NCBI GenBank assembly: GCA_047967505.1
Contig: CM106538.1
Source of the DNA: Dipteris shenzhenensis
Taxonomy: Eukaryota
DNA length: 64,000 nt
Direction: 5' to 3' (one strand)
This document shows, one piece after another, positions 1 through 12,366 of the stretch. A program made the translations under genes and the position numbers. The notes under the pieces were generated by a model. The model worked only from the letters and a program-made list of their open reading frames with translations, was not told the DNA's origin and did not search any database. The first letter of the stretch is position 1, and every line of letters begins with the position of its first letter.

Positions 1-663
1 GCTCAAGCGTCCCATCATCGGAGGCAAGCGATCACAAGGGCCAGGGATCAGATGCACGTGACGAGGATCAAGAAGAAGGCGCAGCTCATGAGAACTAAGG
101 ATTAGGCCAACAAGACGAGGATGAGGACGATTCGGATGAGTAGTAGTAGTAGTGATAGTAGTAGCAGTTTGCATTTTCTTCACCATGTATGTCATTTTGT
201 ATATCCACTCGTTTGAGCAATTTTGTATCACCCTTTTGAAAGGGTAATTTTGTAACAAGCACTATTGTATATGTTCGACATGTATATTCTTTTGTTGCTC
301 AATCATTTCATTTGAGCGATTTTGTATCACCCTTTTCGCAAGGGAAATTTCGTTATAAAAAACTTTTTTTGGTGATTACAAAAAAAAAAAGGATTAGTGG
401 GGCTAAATAGGGCCATAGCAAGCCTTATTTAGCCCCACTAATCCTTTTTTTTAAGTTCTATTAATCGTCGCTATATAGCGACGTTTACCAGTGTCGCTAT
501 ATAGCGATGATTAACAGCGTCGCTATATAGCGATGCTTTATAGCGACGGTTCTTTTTCGATGCTTTTAGTGACTTTTATAACGACATTTGCGCCCGTGAA
601 AAAAAAAATTTAATGTAAAAAATGTCGGTATTTTCGTCGAAAAAGGGCCTATGCCTTGTAGTG
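1..663. mobile_element. Right end of a family-2 CACTA element (ORF2 3' end, subterminal repeats, TIR); the rest lies left of the window
   Basis: Ends ...AAAAAGGGCCTATGCCTTGTAGTG at 663 (rc CACTACAAGGCATAGGCCC). GTCGCTATATAGCGAC palindromes at ~467-550. Bases 1-370 match the reverse complement of 52180-52600. Confidence 0.9.
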
Positions 664-1131
664 CTATACATTGATGCTTTCTTCCATGCAGTGGTCTTTG
701 TCTTTCTTTCCAAAAAACCATTCTTTCTTTAAAAGTTTTTGTGCTGCCATGGATGCATACTTGTCAGGTAAGTACTTTATAGGCCTCCACATCCTTACCG
801 TCAACTCCTTATTATCCATTACCTTTGACTTTTTGGAGACAAACAAAGGAGCTTCATAGGTCAACTCTCCACGCTCACAAGCATCTCATTGAACACTTCA
901 ACAGGATGAAATATGATAGAAGTGTAGTCGGCATATCTGTCTCTCACCACCTTGAGGCTTGTCATATTTTCTTCTTGCTCTTGAGTTCCCCTAGGCACAA
1001 CTGCACTCAAAGAAGTATAGAAGTTTGTGAGTGTGTCGGCGTCTGCTTTTGTGACCTTTCACTTCAAATCAGGATTTGGAGAACCAAATGTTGTCCATAT
1101 AACCTTTGCCTTCTATAAGACCTCTGATGTT

Positions 1132-1429
1132 TGTTGGGATATCTCAAGGTGTATGCCTCAGGCACACCTTATGTTTCTATGTGTGAGTGCTAGAGGCACA
1201 GTTAGGTGCCCACAAGCACAGTTAGGTGGTGGAAGAGCCACATAGGATGATTGAGAGAATCTAGGAGCAGATTGAGGAGATGATTATGGAGCTCTGAAGT
1301 CATCAGTGATGTCAGTGAGCATGCATGAGGTGCCTACTTAAGGACCTCACTCTTCTTCATTCTACAAGCAAGTAATGAAAGTATTCTGAGTTTGTGTCCA
1401 CTCTTTCCTTTCCTTTCAGTTTACCAACA
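1132..1429 (+). repeat. 5' LTR
   Basis: Direct repeat of 3504-3801 with about 3 substitutions by eye. Confidence 0.97.
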
Positions 1430-1441
1430 TGGTATCAGAGC
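1430..1441 (+). promoter_or_regulatory. Primer-binding site (tRNA-iMet)
   Basis: TGGTATCAGAGC immediately after the LTR. Confidence 0.95.
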
Positions 1442-2297
1442 CCTTTGATCCCCCTTGAGCCCATTTTTGCCACATCATCATCTTCTTCTTCATCTTCTTC
1501 TTCCCCATCTTCCTCCTTCTTCCCAAAATCTTTGAGAGCTTGGTTCTCCACCTATAAACAACCATTGCCCAAACCCTCTGAGCTAGAAACTCCTCTAGTA
1601 TGGCCAAACTTCCACCTACAAGCAATTGAAGAAAAAACGTCTATGGTGGCTGCCATTTCCCAAACAGCGCATTTTTTGCCATTTCTTCTACTGCTCAATA
1701 CTCCCTGCCTGCTCTGCCATTGCCTGAGCCCTCTTAGGAGTAGATGGGCAACCTCAAGATGAAGATTTTAAGCCATTTTTCAGCTCATTTGGTTCAGTAA
1801 TGAGGGAGAAATCGTCAAAACTCAGGTTCAGCCTGTAGCAACTCTCTCGGGCAAAAGTGCGCACCATTTCGTCCAACCTCTATGCTGGACCCTCTCTGGT
1901 ATATGAGCTTTCTTTTGCTTCAGAAAGCCCTCTTTTCCTTGCTTTGAATAGTGAGCTAAAAGCCCTCCAAGTTCAGCCTTTTAGTTTTGACAGTTTTAGA
2001 CAAGTTTTTGAAGATGATGCTACATAAAAAGCTACTCTAGCATTTCTGGTTTTTTGAAACTTTCAATAACTTCAGTACAAGTGTGGCTTCAGTTTTGTTT
2101 TGAATTGCTAGACCTAGTTTTGATTGGAAAGTATTCATTTTAGCCACTTCTATGATGCATGTAAGCAGAAGCATCATTGATTGAATATTGGTCACTAGTC
2201 TTTGCTACATCAAGTGCTCATATTTTGGAAGTATTTCAGTTATTTTTTGCCTTGTAAGCGACATAGACACTGCCCAATATCTGGTTTAGACCCTCTC

Positions 2298-3128
2298 ATG
2301 GCTACCCTATTGAATCTAGAGAAGTTCAATGGAAAGGGCTTCCACACATGGCAGATGAAGGTGAAATTTGCATTGATGAGGGAGAACTTATGGGGACTTG
2401 TCAAACCTACCCCTACCGCTTCTTCTACGGCCTCCAATGCTGGAGAATCCTCAACTCTGACACGATCGGCAAGGGATCCAGCTAGAGAAGAAAAAGCATA
2501 CGGTATCATTGCTCTTGCTTTAGGAGATGATTATATTCACCATATCTCTGACTTGGAGTCTCCTTCAGAAGCTTGGCAGAAGCTTGACATGATTTTTGGT
2601 ACTAGCTCTCATATCTCTAAACTATCACTTAAAATCTCTTTCTTTGAATTGAAGATGGCTAGTGGTACTACTTTAGCAGCTCATGTCAACTATATGCGGA
2701 GTCTTATGACTCAATTAGCTTCTATCAACTCTCCTATTACTCCAGATGATGCTATGGCAGTGTTACTTAAGAGTATGCCTGAAGATTATGATCACATAGT
2801 TAGCACTTTGAAAAATCTTCCGAATCCTAATCTTGAAGGTATTATCTCTGCCCTCCAAGAAGAAGAAATGCATATGGAGCTCAGGAAAGGCAATGACACT
2901 GTTTATGCTGTAAAAGTCCAGAAGGGCAAGTATACCCCTTGCAAGCACTGTGGAAAGACAAATCACCTTTCAAAGGACTGCTTCAAAATTAATCCATGCA
3001 AGCACTGTGGCAAGAACAACCATAATGAGAAGTTTTGCAGAGCCAAAGCAAAGACAGAAAATGCAAATCTACTTTCAGTTGATAAGCCTCCACAAGATGA
3101 GGCATCCTTTGAAGATTATGCATTTTAA
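2298..3128 (+). CDS. gag: Copia-type Gag (UBN2/Retrotran_gag_2-like) with two CCHC zinc knuckles
   Basis: MATLLNLEKFNGKGFHTWQMKVK...; CKHCGKTNHLSKDC and CKHCGKNNHNEKFC; intact ORF ending in TAA. Confidence 0.92.
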   Translation: MATLLNLEKFNGKGFHTWQMKVKFALMRENLWGLVKPTPTASSTASNAGESSTLTRSARDPAREEKAYGIIALALGDDYIHHISDLESPSEAWQKLDMIFGTSSHISKLSLKISFFELKMASGTTLAAHVNYMRSLMTQLASINSPITPDDAMAVLLKSMPEDYDHIVSTLKNLPNPNLEGIISALQEEEMHMELRKGNDTVYAVKVQKGKYTPCKHCGKTNHLSKDCFKINPCKHCGKNNHNEKFCRAKAKTENANLLSVDKPPQDEASFEDYAF

Positions 3129-3503
3129 AACATCTCTATGTATGCTCCAGATCTCTCTTTTTATGTCAAGGTACTCAGCTTGGATAGTCCTCCAAAATGA
3201 ATGAAATAAATTATTGTGTTTTGTGTGTTTTGTAAACACCTCTGGTCACCTTATGATGTAGGCCATGTGTATGTTTGTGCTCCATGGTACCTCCTGCAGA
3301 CATTGTGTGCATGTACATGCAGGGGAGATAACCATTGGAAGGTCTTTTTGTATCCCTTTTTGTTTACCTTACACCCAAGGGAACCCTTGCTAGCATGAGA
3401 ACCTAGCCATAGATTAATCCTTGACCACCATGAGATGGCATGAGAAACTATGAGACTAGATGTATCCTTGACATAGCCTGAGGCATTCCCTTGAGGGGGG
3501 GTT

Positions 3504-3801
3504 TGTTGGGATATCTCAAGGTGTATGCCTCAGGCACACCTTATGTTTCTATGTGTGAGTGCTAGAGGCACAGTTAGGTGCCCACAAGCACAGTTAGGTG
3601 GTGGAAGAGCCACATAGGATGATTGAGAGAATCTAGGAGCAGATTGAGGAGATGATTATGGAGCTCTGAAGTCATCAGTGATGTCAGTGAGCATGTATGA
3701 GGTGCCTACTTAAGGACCTCACTCTTCTTCATTCTACAAGCAAGTAATGCAAGTATTCTGAGTTTGTGTCCACTCTTTCCTTTCCTTTTAGTTTACCAAC
3801 A
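3504..3801 (+). repeat. 3' LTR
   Basis: Preceded by the PPT, followed by TSD ATGTT. Confidence 0.97.
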
Positions 3802-5059
3802 ATGTTGAGGATATCTTACGCTTTCCATGGACATAATGATTAAGTCTTTCGGACTCAATCAAATACTTGATCTCATGCTTGAATATACAGATTGTTGTAG
3901 GATAATAATGGAATGAACTTATCTTTGCAAATTGTTCTGAAGTGAGTCTTTTGACCTCCTTTTCTTCTTTTGCGATCTGATTACAAGCATAAGCCCAATG
4001 TTGACCATCAATGGGCTGGAATCTGCAATGAAGGAGGAATTCCTTCTTTGCTTCCTTTAACATATTCTCACCTTGTGCCTCTTTGCCTTGTTCATGTGGA
4101 ATATTTTTAAGAGTGTCTTTAAAGAATCGACTGAAGGTTTCCTCAAAATGTGTAGGCCTTGTAAATGTTATTTGATCCAAAAAGCTATTTTTGATTGGAC
4201 AAAACATTATTGGGTGCAGGATCACGTTGCTTGCCACAGGTTTCTTTCCATATCTCAAAGCCTCGTATATTTGCAGTGCATAGGATATATCAAGGCTTCG
4301 GCTATTAGTAAAGACAGCTGCAGCTTCTACATATTTGGCATTCACAAACCATGTCCTTTGACCCCAGATATACCCCACATCATCATCTGTTACTGCTTCA
4401 TTAAGACACAGATTAAGATTTTTTATTGATGTGAGTTCATCCTGATCATCTTCAGCCTTGGGTTCTGAGTCTTCTTCACCTTTCTCTTCTTTTAACCATT
4501 TTTCATCCACATGATCTTTCTCTACAGTGGGACGATGCCTTTTTTTACTGCTTGGAACCGTGGCTCTTGCAGTACTAGCCTTTTGCATTTCATGTCGTGG
4601 TTTGCTAGCAAGAGCTTTTAGCATAACTGCAGTGGACCGGCCTTCATCTTCTTCAATTTTTTTAAATTCCCGTGCACTCAAGGCTTGTGTTTCATCATCC
4701 TTAGTGACATCCACCATTATGCCTACTACAAGGCTTGAAGTCATATCTTTTTTGAAGAATGTAGCATCCCATGGGTCTTCAACATCATTGAACTCCCTTT
4801 TTGATATAAGTAGAAAGAGTCTCTTTTCCTTTTGATGAAGAAACCAAGCTCTTCTGCCCATGTGATATCGAGTCCACCTACCAAAGCCGTTGGGGCTATA
4901 TTCCTTTCCTTTCAAATTCAAAGTGACATTAGAGACCCATGCTCTAATCTCAGAGTCATTTAGGATAGCCCCCACATTAGTTGATTGCTCCATAATCCTA
5001 CAAGAAAAGATAATGAAGAATTTAGATACATACAAGTAAAGTACAATATACAATGCTTG

Positions 5060-5600
5060 ATACAATAAATGTGGGAAATAGCCCAAAAGGCTTTACAAGG
5101 CTTCATATGGCAATAAATGTGACCAATAGTAGAGAGGGCTTTACAAAGTATTTTATAGCAATAAATGTGGGAAATAGCCTACAAGGCTTTACAAGGCTTA
5201 AATATTTGTACAAATGTAAGAAAATTATCCAACAAAGCTTTACAATGAAATCAAATGTCCTTTAGTGATAAAGCTTCAATCTTTGTGAAGACATATAATC
5301 TGTCCATCCATTGATTTGCCCTCTAGTGATAAAGCTTCAATCTTCGTGATGACATGTAATCTGTCCATCCATTGATATTTGTGCACTGATACCCAACTGA
5401 TGCAATCTATCCACTAAAAACTATTCCACTGATATCCACTTATGCAGCCCACTAATACTCATTAAATAGTGAATGGTCGGGATGGTCGGGTTTATTACAA
5501 GGCGCTTCATATGGCAATAAATGTAAAGCATAGCCTAGAAGGCTTTACAAGGTTTTTTATGACAATAAATGAGCTTAAATATTTATACAAATGCAATAAA
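5060..5600. repeat. Short degenerate repeats (CAATAAATGT...GGCTTTACAAGG and a ~55-bp duplication) in the upstream intron of the DGQH-motif gene
   Basis: Units near 5062, 5111, 5159 and 5515; duplication 5263-5315 / 5323-5375. Confidence 0.6.
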
Positions 5601-6099
5601 AATAACCAATAATCATCAAGCTCCAATATGCCCCATGACATGTAATCTGTCCACTAATATATGTAATCTGTCCACTGATATCTGCTATCTGCTCATGCAA
5701 TTTTCCCACTGATAAACTTCTTGGTAAATGGTAAAAGGTCTTATTTAATATTCGATTGGCAACTTGGAGAATTGTCTCTCCTCTAAGGCAATCTAATCTA
5801 TGCTAAACTATGCTAAACCAACTGTCGAAGCGAAGAAAAGCAATAAATAATTTCTTTTTCTGTGTTCATTTTAATGTGCTGGGGTTTAAGAGGATTAAAT
5901 ATGCAAAAGAAGGGGTTTTGATGTAGAGGCTAACCTGCATGTGAGAGAAATGAAGAACAAGTATCTAAAGAAAAGTTAACATTTTTTAATTTAAAAGATG
6001 AATATATATAAAAATATTATCTCACCTTCAAAACAAACCATAAATTTGCTCGTTTATAAATTTTTAAAAGTATAATATAAAACATGTAAATATATAAAA

Positions 6100-6397
6100 C
6101 TCTCTCTTTCCTCTGAACTTTCTCTCTCTCTCTCGACTCCTAATTCTCTCTGTAGCCATAGTCAAGACACCTCATTCTCTCTCTTAATCTCTCTCTCTCT
6201 CTCTCTCTGACAACTCTTATGTCTTTCCCTCTCTGTCCTCATCCCACTCATTCTCTCTCTTAGTTTATCTCAAGTCTCTCTTTCTCTCCCTCCCATGGCG
6301 GCTAGGATTTATCATTCTCTCTCTTCATCTCTCTCTCTCTCTCCACCTCTCTCTCCTCTCCCTCTAGAGATTTATTATTCTCTCTCTCTCTCTCCTC

Positions 6398-6431
<34 letters not shown>

Positions 6432-6716
6432 TACCCTCTCTACCTCCCTACCTCTATCCTCTTGGCCGCTAGGATTTGTCATTCTTTCCCTCTCTATGTC
6501 TCTCTCTCTCTCTCTCTCTGAATTCTCTCTCTTAATCTCTCCCTGCCTTCCTCCCTCCCTCCCTCCCTCCCTCTCTCCCTTTCTCTCTCTCCTCTGTCCC
6601 TCTTCTCACTCTTAATCTCTCTTTCTCTCCCTCCCCTCTTCTCTCTCATTTCTCATTCTCTCTCTCTCTCTCTCCCTCCCTCCCTCCCTCCCTTGGCGGG
6701 CACGGCCGCGAGAAGT

Positions 6717-6748
<32 letters not shown>

Positions 6749-6838
6749 ACCTCCCTCTCTTGGCGGCCACGGCCGCTAGAAGTTTCATTCTCTCTCTCCC
6801 TCTCTCTCTCCCTAAGTCTCCCTCCTCTCTTCCCTCTC

Positions 6839-6878
<40 letters not shown>

Positions 6879-6889
6879 CTCTCTCCCTC
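6100..6889. repeat. (CT)n-rich tract with GC-rich GGCGGCC..GGCCGC motifs; continues at 14460 across the CACAA insertion
   Basis: Microsatellite composition; the same motif occurs on both sides of TSD CTC. Confidence 0.85.
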
Positions 6890-7343
6890 CACAACAACAC
6901 AAAGCAACTATAGACGCACTTGGTAGATGCGCAAAATAGCGGGCGCGTCTATAGGCGTTTCTCTAGTAGAGAAATTACGGGTGCGTCTATAGGCGTGGCT
7001 AAACGATCGTCTATTTGCGCGTAATCACCGCGTCTATTTGCGCGTTTGACCTGAGAAAATACGGGCCCGTCTAACATCCCGTTTATTAGCGCGTCTATTT
7101 GCATGTGTATTTGCACGTTTATTTATGCGTTTACACTGAGACTCAGACACGCATTTAGACGCGTAAATAGACGCGCTCCAGAGAATACAGAAAGTGAGAT
7201 TTTGGTGTACATCATTGCTTTCCAAACATTGCCCATGATTACCAAAGCACATAATTTTTTGCAAGCCCACATATACAAGAATTAAGTGAAATGAGGAGAA
7301 TGAGACAATATGTAAAATAGTTTTGCCAATATCAATTGTGGGG

Positions 7344-10300
7344 CTACGGTTCAATCTCATCCTCAATGAGATCAACCCTTGCCAAACTATCTACTTCAAA
7401 ATCCAAACAAGTGTTTAGATCTACAAATACATTCAACCCACTACTACTTGTGCCACTCATGTGCTCATCGAAATCAACATCTCCAATGGTAGGCTCGTCC
7501 TCACGGGTAATGCCGGCCTCAATATGTATATCTCCTATCTCATGATCATCCTCCTCTCTTGTATCACGGTCATCATCACGTCCATGGCCATGATCATCCT
7601 CCATACACTCCATATTAGTAAATGTACTATACATCACTTTGGAACGTGGCATAATAGGTATGACATGCCACCATCTATTATTATCCACCATTGGTTGATA
7701 GACAACCTAATTCAAACACAAATACAATCATGTTACTTTTCTTGCATCAAATATTTAAAAGCGAGTATTTTTATGTGTGTGCACAGTACCTGTTCACATT
7801 GTTGCGGTAGTACTAGTGTGTCCTTCCTACTTGCCAAAACTTTGTGGAGTCAATAGTTACAAAGCCACTTGCATGGCGTTTGATTGTTGCATTAGGGCCT
7901 CTTTCCACCACGTCCTTAAACCACTTTACATCCAAAACATACACAAAGAAGCATCGAAAGTCAAGCATAATGATATCTTGGATTATGCCACAATAATCAT
8001 CCATGGCTCCATTGGCTCCCTCAAAGCTAGCAATGATGCCGCAATCTTGTGTGTTTCTCTTATCATCAATCCGTTGTGTTCGAAAATGCTTGCCCTCACA
8101 CCATATAGCATTGAACATAGTGCACTACACCAAGAAAAAATCAATTAAATAAGCAATCTAAATTATAAAAAGCTCCTAACTTATGCATAACATTCTATAT
8201 ACCGACCTTGCTCATGCATCCCCTAGCATACTCCCATTCTTCCATTGTGATATGCATCCCCTCGTCTTTCTCTGCTTTCTCCATTTCATCAAATAGCCAA
8301 TCCACATGAATATCCTTTGGAAGTGCTCTTAGACGCTGAGGGTATGGCACATGAGATCCGTGGTGTGTACGAAAGAAGGCCCTTTCTTCTTGTCTTCTTG
8401 CCTTTGCATCCTCGTATCTTGTCACCCATCTTTTCATCACATCACTATTAAGCATGCAAAAGAGGTTGATACTATTACGCAACTCCATGTCTATTACTTT
8501 GTTGCATCCTTTTCCTTGAGGCACAATAGAGGTCATCCTTAGGTCTTCATCATCTCTCCATAGTCGTGGGAGAGAGCTATCCACATCAACAAGAAACTCA
8601 GAAATATATACAAGTGACTCTTGTACCAACCAACCCTCGGCCATGCTACCTTCGGGTCTTGCATTTTGTCTCACGAAGCCCTTCAATGTCTTCATGAAGC
8701 GCTCGAGGAAGAACAACCATCGTGCATGTATAGTACCGCATATAGCAATCTCATCCACCAAATGTACTATGAGATGTAGTTGGCTTGTGAGAATAGAACG
8801 TGGAAATGTCTCCTCCACTAAACAAACCGCCTCCACTGACATAACTCGAGCATTCTCAAGCGTGGTGGGATCTATTTCCTTTGAGCTCACATACCTCACA
8901 AGCTCGCCCATCTTGTAAATACAATCTTTCACATCCTTTGATGCACTACGTGAAATGCTAGTAGGTAGTATGAATTGAACCCGCGAGGAGGTGGTTGATT
9001 AGTTGCTTATAGCTATTCACTCACAAATTTGAAAGGAAAAAGATATTATGCATATAAAATACTTACTTGGAGCATCTTGTGCCAATCATGAGATTTCAAG
9101 CCATATAATTACTCTACACCTCTTTTCTTGCTCTTTGTAAAGGCTCCCTTCAAACACCTCATGCATCCAGTGGGAGTACGAATTGTAGTAATAGCGCACT
9201 TCACCGTTGCCATCTCTAGCTTTGATAACATCCACGGTGCACGAGGTAAAAAAACATGCCCATTTGGTCTCTCTTGAGGCCAAGCTTCACGCATCCTCCC
9301 TGTGGTATGTAGATCCTCCCTTATGCCTGCCGAATCTCGTGTCCCATTCAAATGCTCCCAAATGGTAGATGCCACATTCTTGAAGATATGCATGGGATCG
9401 AGCAGGTGATTGATCTTGAGGTGGGACCAATATGGTAAACGATAAAAGATGGAGTATCTAAACAAAATAAAGTGTTAGCATGCAATCTTCACTTTCAACC
9501 AATATAGCCAATCTTTACTTCTAGCCAATAGTTATAAATCCTTATCGGCTCATGCCAAGTGGTGGAGGAGTTGTGGAACCGTCCCAAATTCTCATCCAAT
9601 CTCCCACGGTGAGTGATTGTGGGAGGACTTCATTCCAAGGGGCAACATATCTAGGATGATCAGGTGGGAGAAATCGATGGTGATTCTCATAGATGACCTT
9701 ATTCAATGCGTCTGCCCGTGAGGCAACTAGCGAAGGACCACAAATAGGACATGCATGGTACCCGATGTAGTGAGACCTGAAACAATAGATGCAATTAAGA
9801 GTGGAAGGTGGGTTTAGGGTGCCACATCCTTTGCCTATTCATAATTAAAAAATGCAATACTTACCTGAACACTCGCCATAGCCTGGGAAGTCATGCATCG
9901 TCCACATCAAGACTGCTTTGCAGTTGAAGTCTCGTGACGAGGGAGGCTTGCTCACATCATGCACCTCGATACCTCTCCAAAGTATCTCTAGCTCATCAAT
10001 CAAAGGCTCCAAATAAACATGAGGGTTTTTGACTTTATGTTTCCCTGGAATTAGAAGGGACAGCATGACATGTCCTTTCTTAATAGCCATAGAGGGTGGA
10101 AGATTGTAATTCACCAATACCACTGGCCATACACTGTAAGATGTGCTTTTGAGACCAAATGGGTTCACACTGTCCATACCCAATCCAAGTCTAAGGCTCC
10201 TAGGTTCTTCCTTGAAGCTTGGCCATGTGTCTTCAATATGCTTCCACGCAGGAGAGTCCGCGGGAGTTCTCCACTTGCCATCGGTTGATCGATGGGAGGA

Positions 10301-11323
10301 ATGCCATGACATGAGCTCTGCAATAGATTTGCACTTGAACATATGTTGGATGCGAGGGATTATGGGAAAATGTCGCAATACCTTACGAGGCACGTCCAAG
10401 GTTTTGAGATCTGCTCTATATCTTGGCTCTCCACAAGTAGGACACTCTCTTGCATCCTTATGTAGTCCACGAAACAAAACGCAATCGTTGACACATGCAT
10501 GGATGCGCTTGTAATCTAATCCTCCAAGAGAGGTCACATGTTGCCTTGCCATATCTCTTGAGGTCGGTAATTTATTCTCCCTTGGAAGCATTTTACACAA
10601 TAGCCTGCACGTGAAGACCATAAATGAGGAAAAGCATTCGAGTAATTGACCCACTAGCATAATTCACCATGTTTGCAAAATCGACTTTAAAGCTTACTTG
10701 AGTAATGCATTCAAACTTGCATTGCTCCATCCATAGATGGTTTGCAAGTTTAGTAACTCAAGGGAGGCATGTAGAACAGAGAATGTGCACCCCTCAAATA
10801 GTGGAGTCGATGCTGCGGTAAAAAGATAATCCTACTCCATGCTATTATCCCTCACTTGATGGACATATAAATCCCGCACCATATCATCAAACACCTCCTC
10901 CTCCACGGCTTCATGAGGTAATGGCGGAGGGCTACTATCACCATCACTCCATGCATCCATAACGGTCCCTCCTGAAGATCCCACCTCATATCGCCGACGC
11001 TTTGCCTCCTCACGACGGGCATAGGGTAACATGTGCGGGTGTGGCACTGCATCCTGTATCAAATTAAAACGGGATCATAACTCAAACATATGAACACCCA
11101 TAGGTATCTCAATCAACCTTAACTTACAAACCCTTACCCTATTTACAGTCACGTCCCATTCTCCATACTTTGAGATATGATTGAGCATAATCCTGCGTGC
11201 ACGGTACATGTTTCCTCGACATCGATCACACAAACATTTGATTTTTTGCTCCAACCACATTTCACGATGGTGGATATGGAGGGATTCATCCTCACTGGAG
11301 CTGCTTGTTGAAGATGGAGACAT
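7344..11323 (-). pseudogene. Multi-exon Tnp2/TnpD-like transposase (transposase-associated Cys domain, Transposase_21, DUF4218, DUF4216)
   Basis: IHACVNDCVLF, CPTCGEPRY, LGMDSVNPF, WTMHDFPGYG, HLLDPMHIFKN, HLIVHLVDE, FFLERFMKTLKG, RPEGSMAEG, DYCGIIQDI; GT-AG introns; small indels likely. Confidence 0.9.
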
Positions 11324-12366
11324 CCTACAAACAAACAACCCACCAAATTTGCTCTTCTTCAAATGCTTAACTTAAACTCTGTGTTGCGTCTATCGCTGCG
11401 TCTATAGTCGTGTCTAACCTTGCATCTAACTGCGCGTCTAAAGGCGCGTCTACTCTGTGTATTTAAACGTGCCTGTAGACACGCTAATAGATGTGACTAT
11501 AGATGCATCTACTCTGTGTATTCAGACGCGACTATAGACGTGCTAATAGACGTGACTATAGACGCGACTTTTAAACCTGCTTTTCAGCGCGCCGCTCGCT
11601 TTGCTTTTCTTTTCATTACTTAAACTTCGCGAGCGGCTTTCTTCCTTCTTTATTAGTAGTTCTATAGATTCGAAGCTTAAGAGAGAGCCTCCCATACACA
11701 GTTCCAAGCTTTCACTCAAGAGAAAGAGACCGTACCTACACTTGCTTCCAAGCCTAAAGAAGAGGAGGAGTACGAACAAGGAGAAGAAACAAGTTTGGAA
11801 AAGAAAGATCCTTCCATACCTTTTTCCAAGTAAGTCCTTTTGAAGTTGTTCTTGCTTGCTCTTTCCAGTTTTGTACTTTCTCACATCCACGAAATGCAGG
11901 ATCTAGGTATGAGCGACACGTTCTTTTGTCGGGCGAAACGTCCTTTTCGACTTTTTAGTATTCTCGCCTATCGGAGCGCGTGTATAGGCGCATCTAAATG
12001 CGTGTCTATAGGCACGTCTATCTGTGCGTCTGGCTTATTACAGACACACACAGACGCGCATGTAGATGCTCACACAGACGCCCTATTAAACGGAGTTTTA
12101 AATGCACTGTTAGATGCGCTTTTAAATGCGCTATTAGACGGATGTTTTGACAGACTATTAGACGCGCTTGTAAACGCACTGTTAGACGGATTGTTGGACG
12201 GACTGTTAGACGCGCTTTTACTTGAATTGTTAAACGCTCTATTAGATGCATCTATAGACGCGTAGATCAGACGGGTCTATAGACGCGCTCTGATAGAGCC
12301 TCTTTTTTTTCCCCTTTCTTCTCAGCTCCCAAAGTAATAGATTTATTTCCTATTTTCCAGTTCAAC

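Larger units (their letters stand above)
1132..3801 (+). mobile_element. Non-autonomous Copia-type LTR retrotransposon, gag only (TR-GAG-like), 2670 bp
   Basis: 298-bp LTRs (1132-1429, 3504-3801), TG...CA. 5-bp TSD ATGTT (1127-1131, 3802-3806). PBS TGGTATCAGAGC at 1430-1441. PPT GAGGGGGGG at 3493-3501. No room for pol. Confidence 0.97.
664..4993 (-). pseudogene. Disrupted gene with ParB/DGQHR-like motif (FQPIDGQHW), split by the LTR element at 1132-3801 and cut by the CACTA at 663
   Basis: Open frame from ATG 4993 (after acceptor TTGTAG) to 3802. Removing the LTR element and one TSD continues the frame (..KISSTSEVL*KAKVIWTTFGSPNPDLK*KVTK..) with stops at 1113-1115 and 1059-1061 and a frameshift near 865 into ORF 664-864. 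Confidence 0.7.

Noticed and set aside
2202-2297. TTG-started extension of gag
   Set aside because: Eukaryotic context; ATG 2298 matches the Copia Gag N-terminus
3788-3801. Predicted C-terminus (..LLVN*) of ORF 3788-5086
   Set aside because: Derived from the LTR; the real frame continues at 1126
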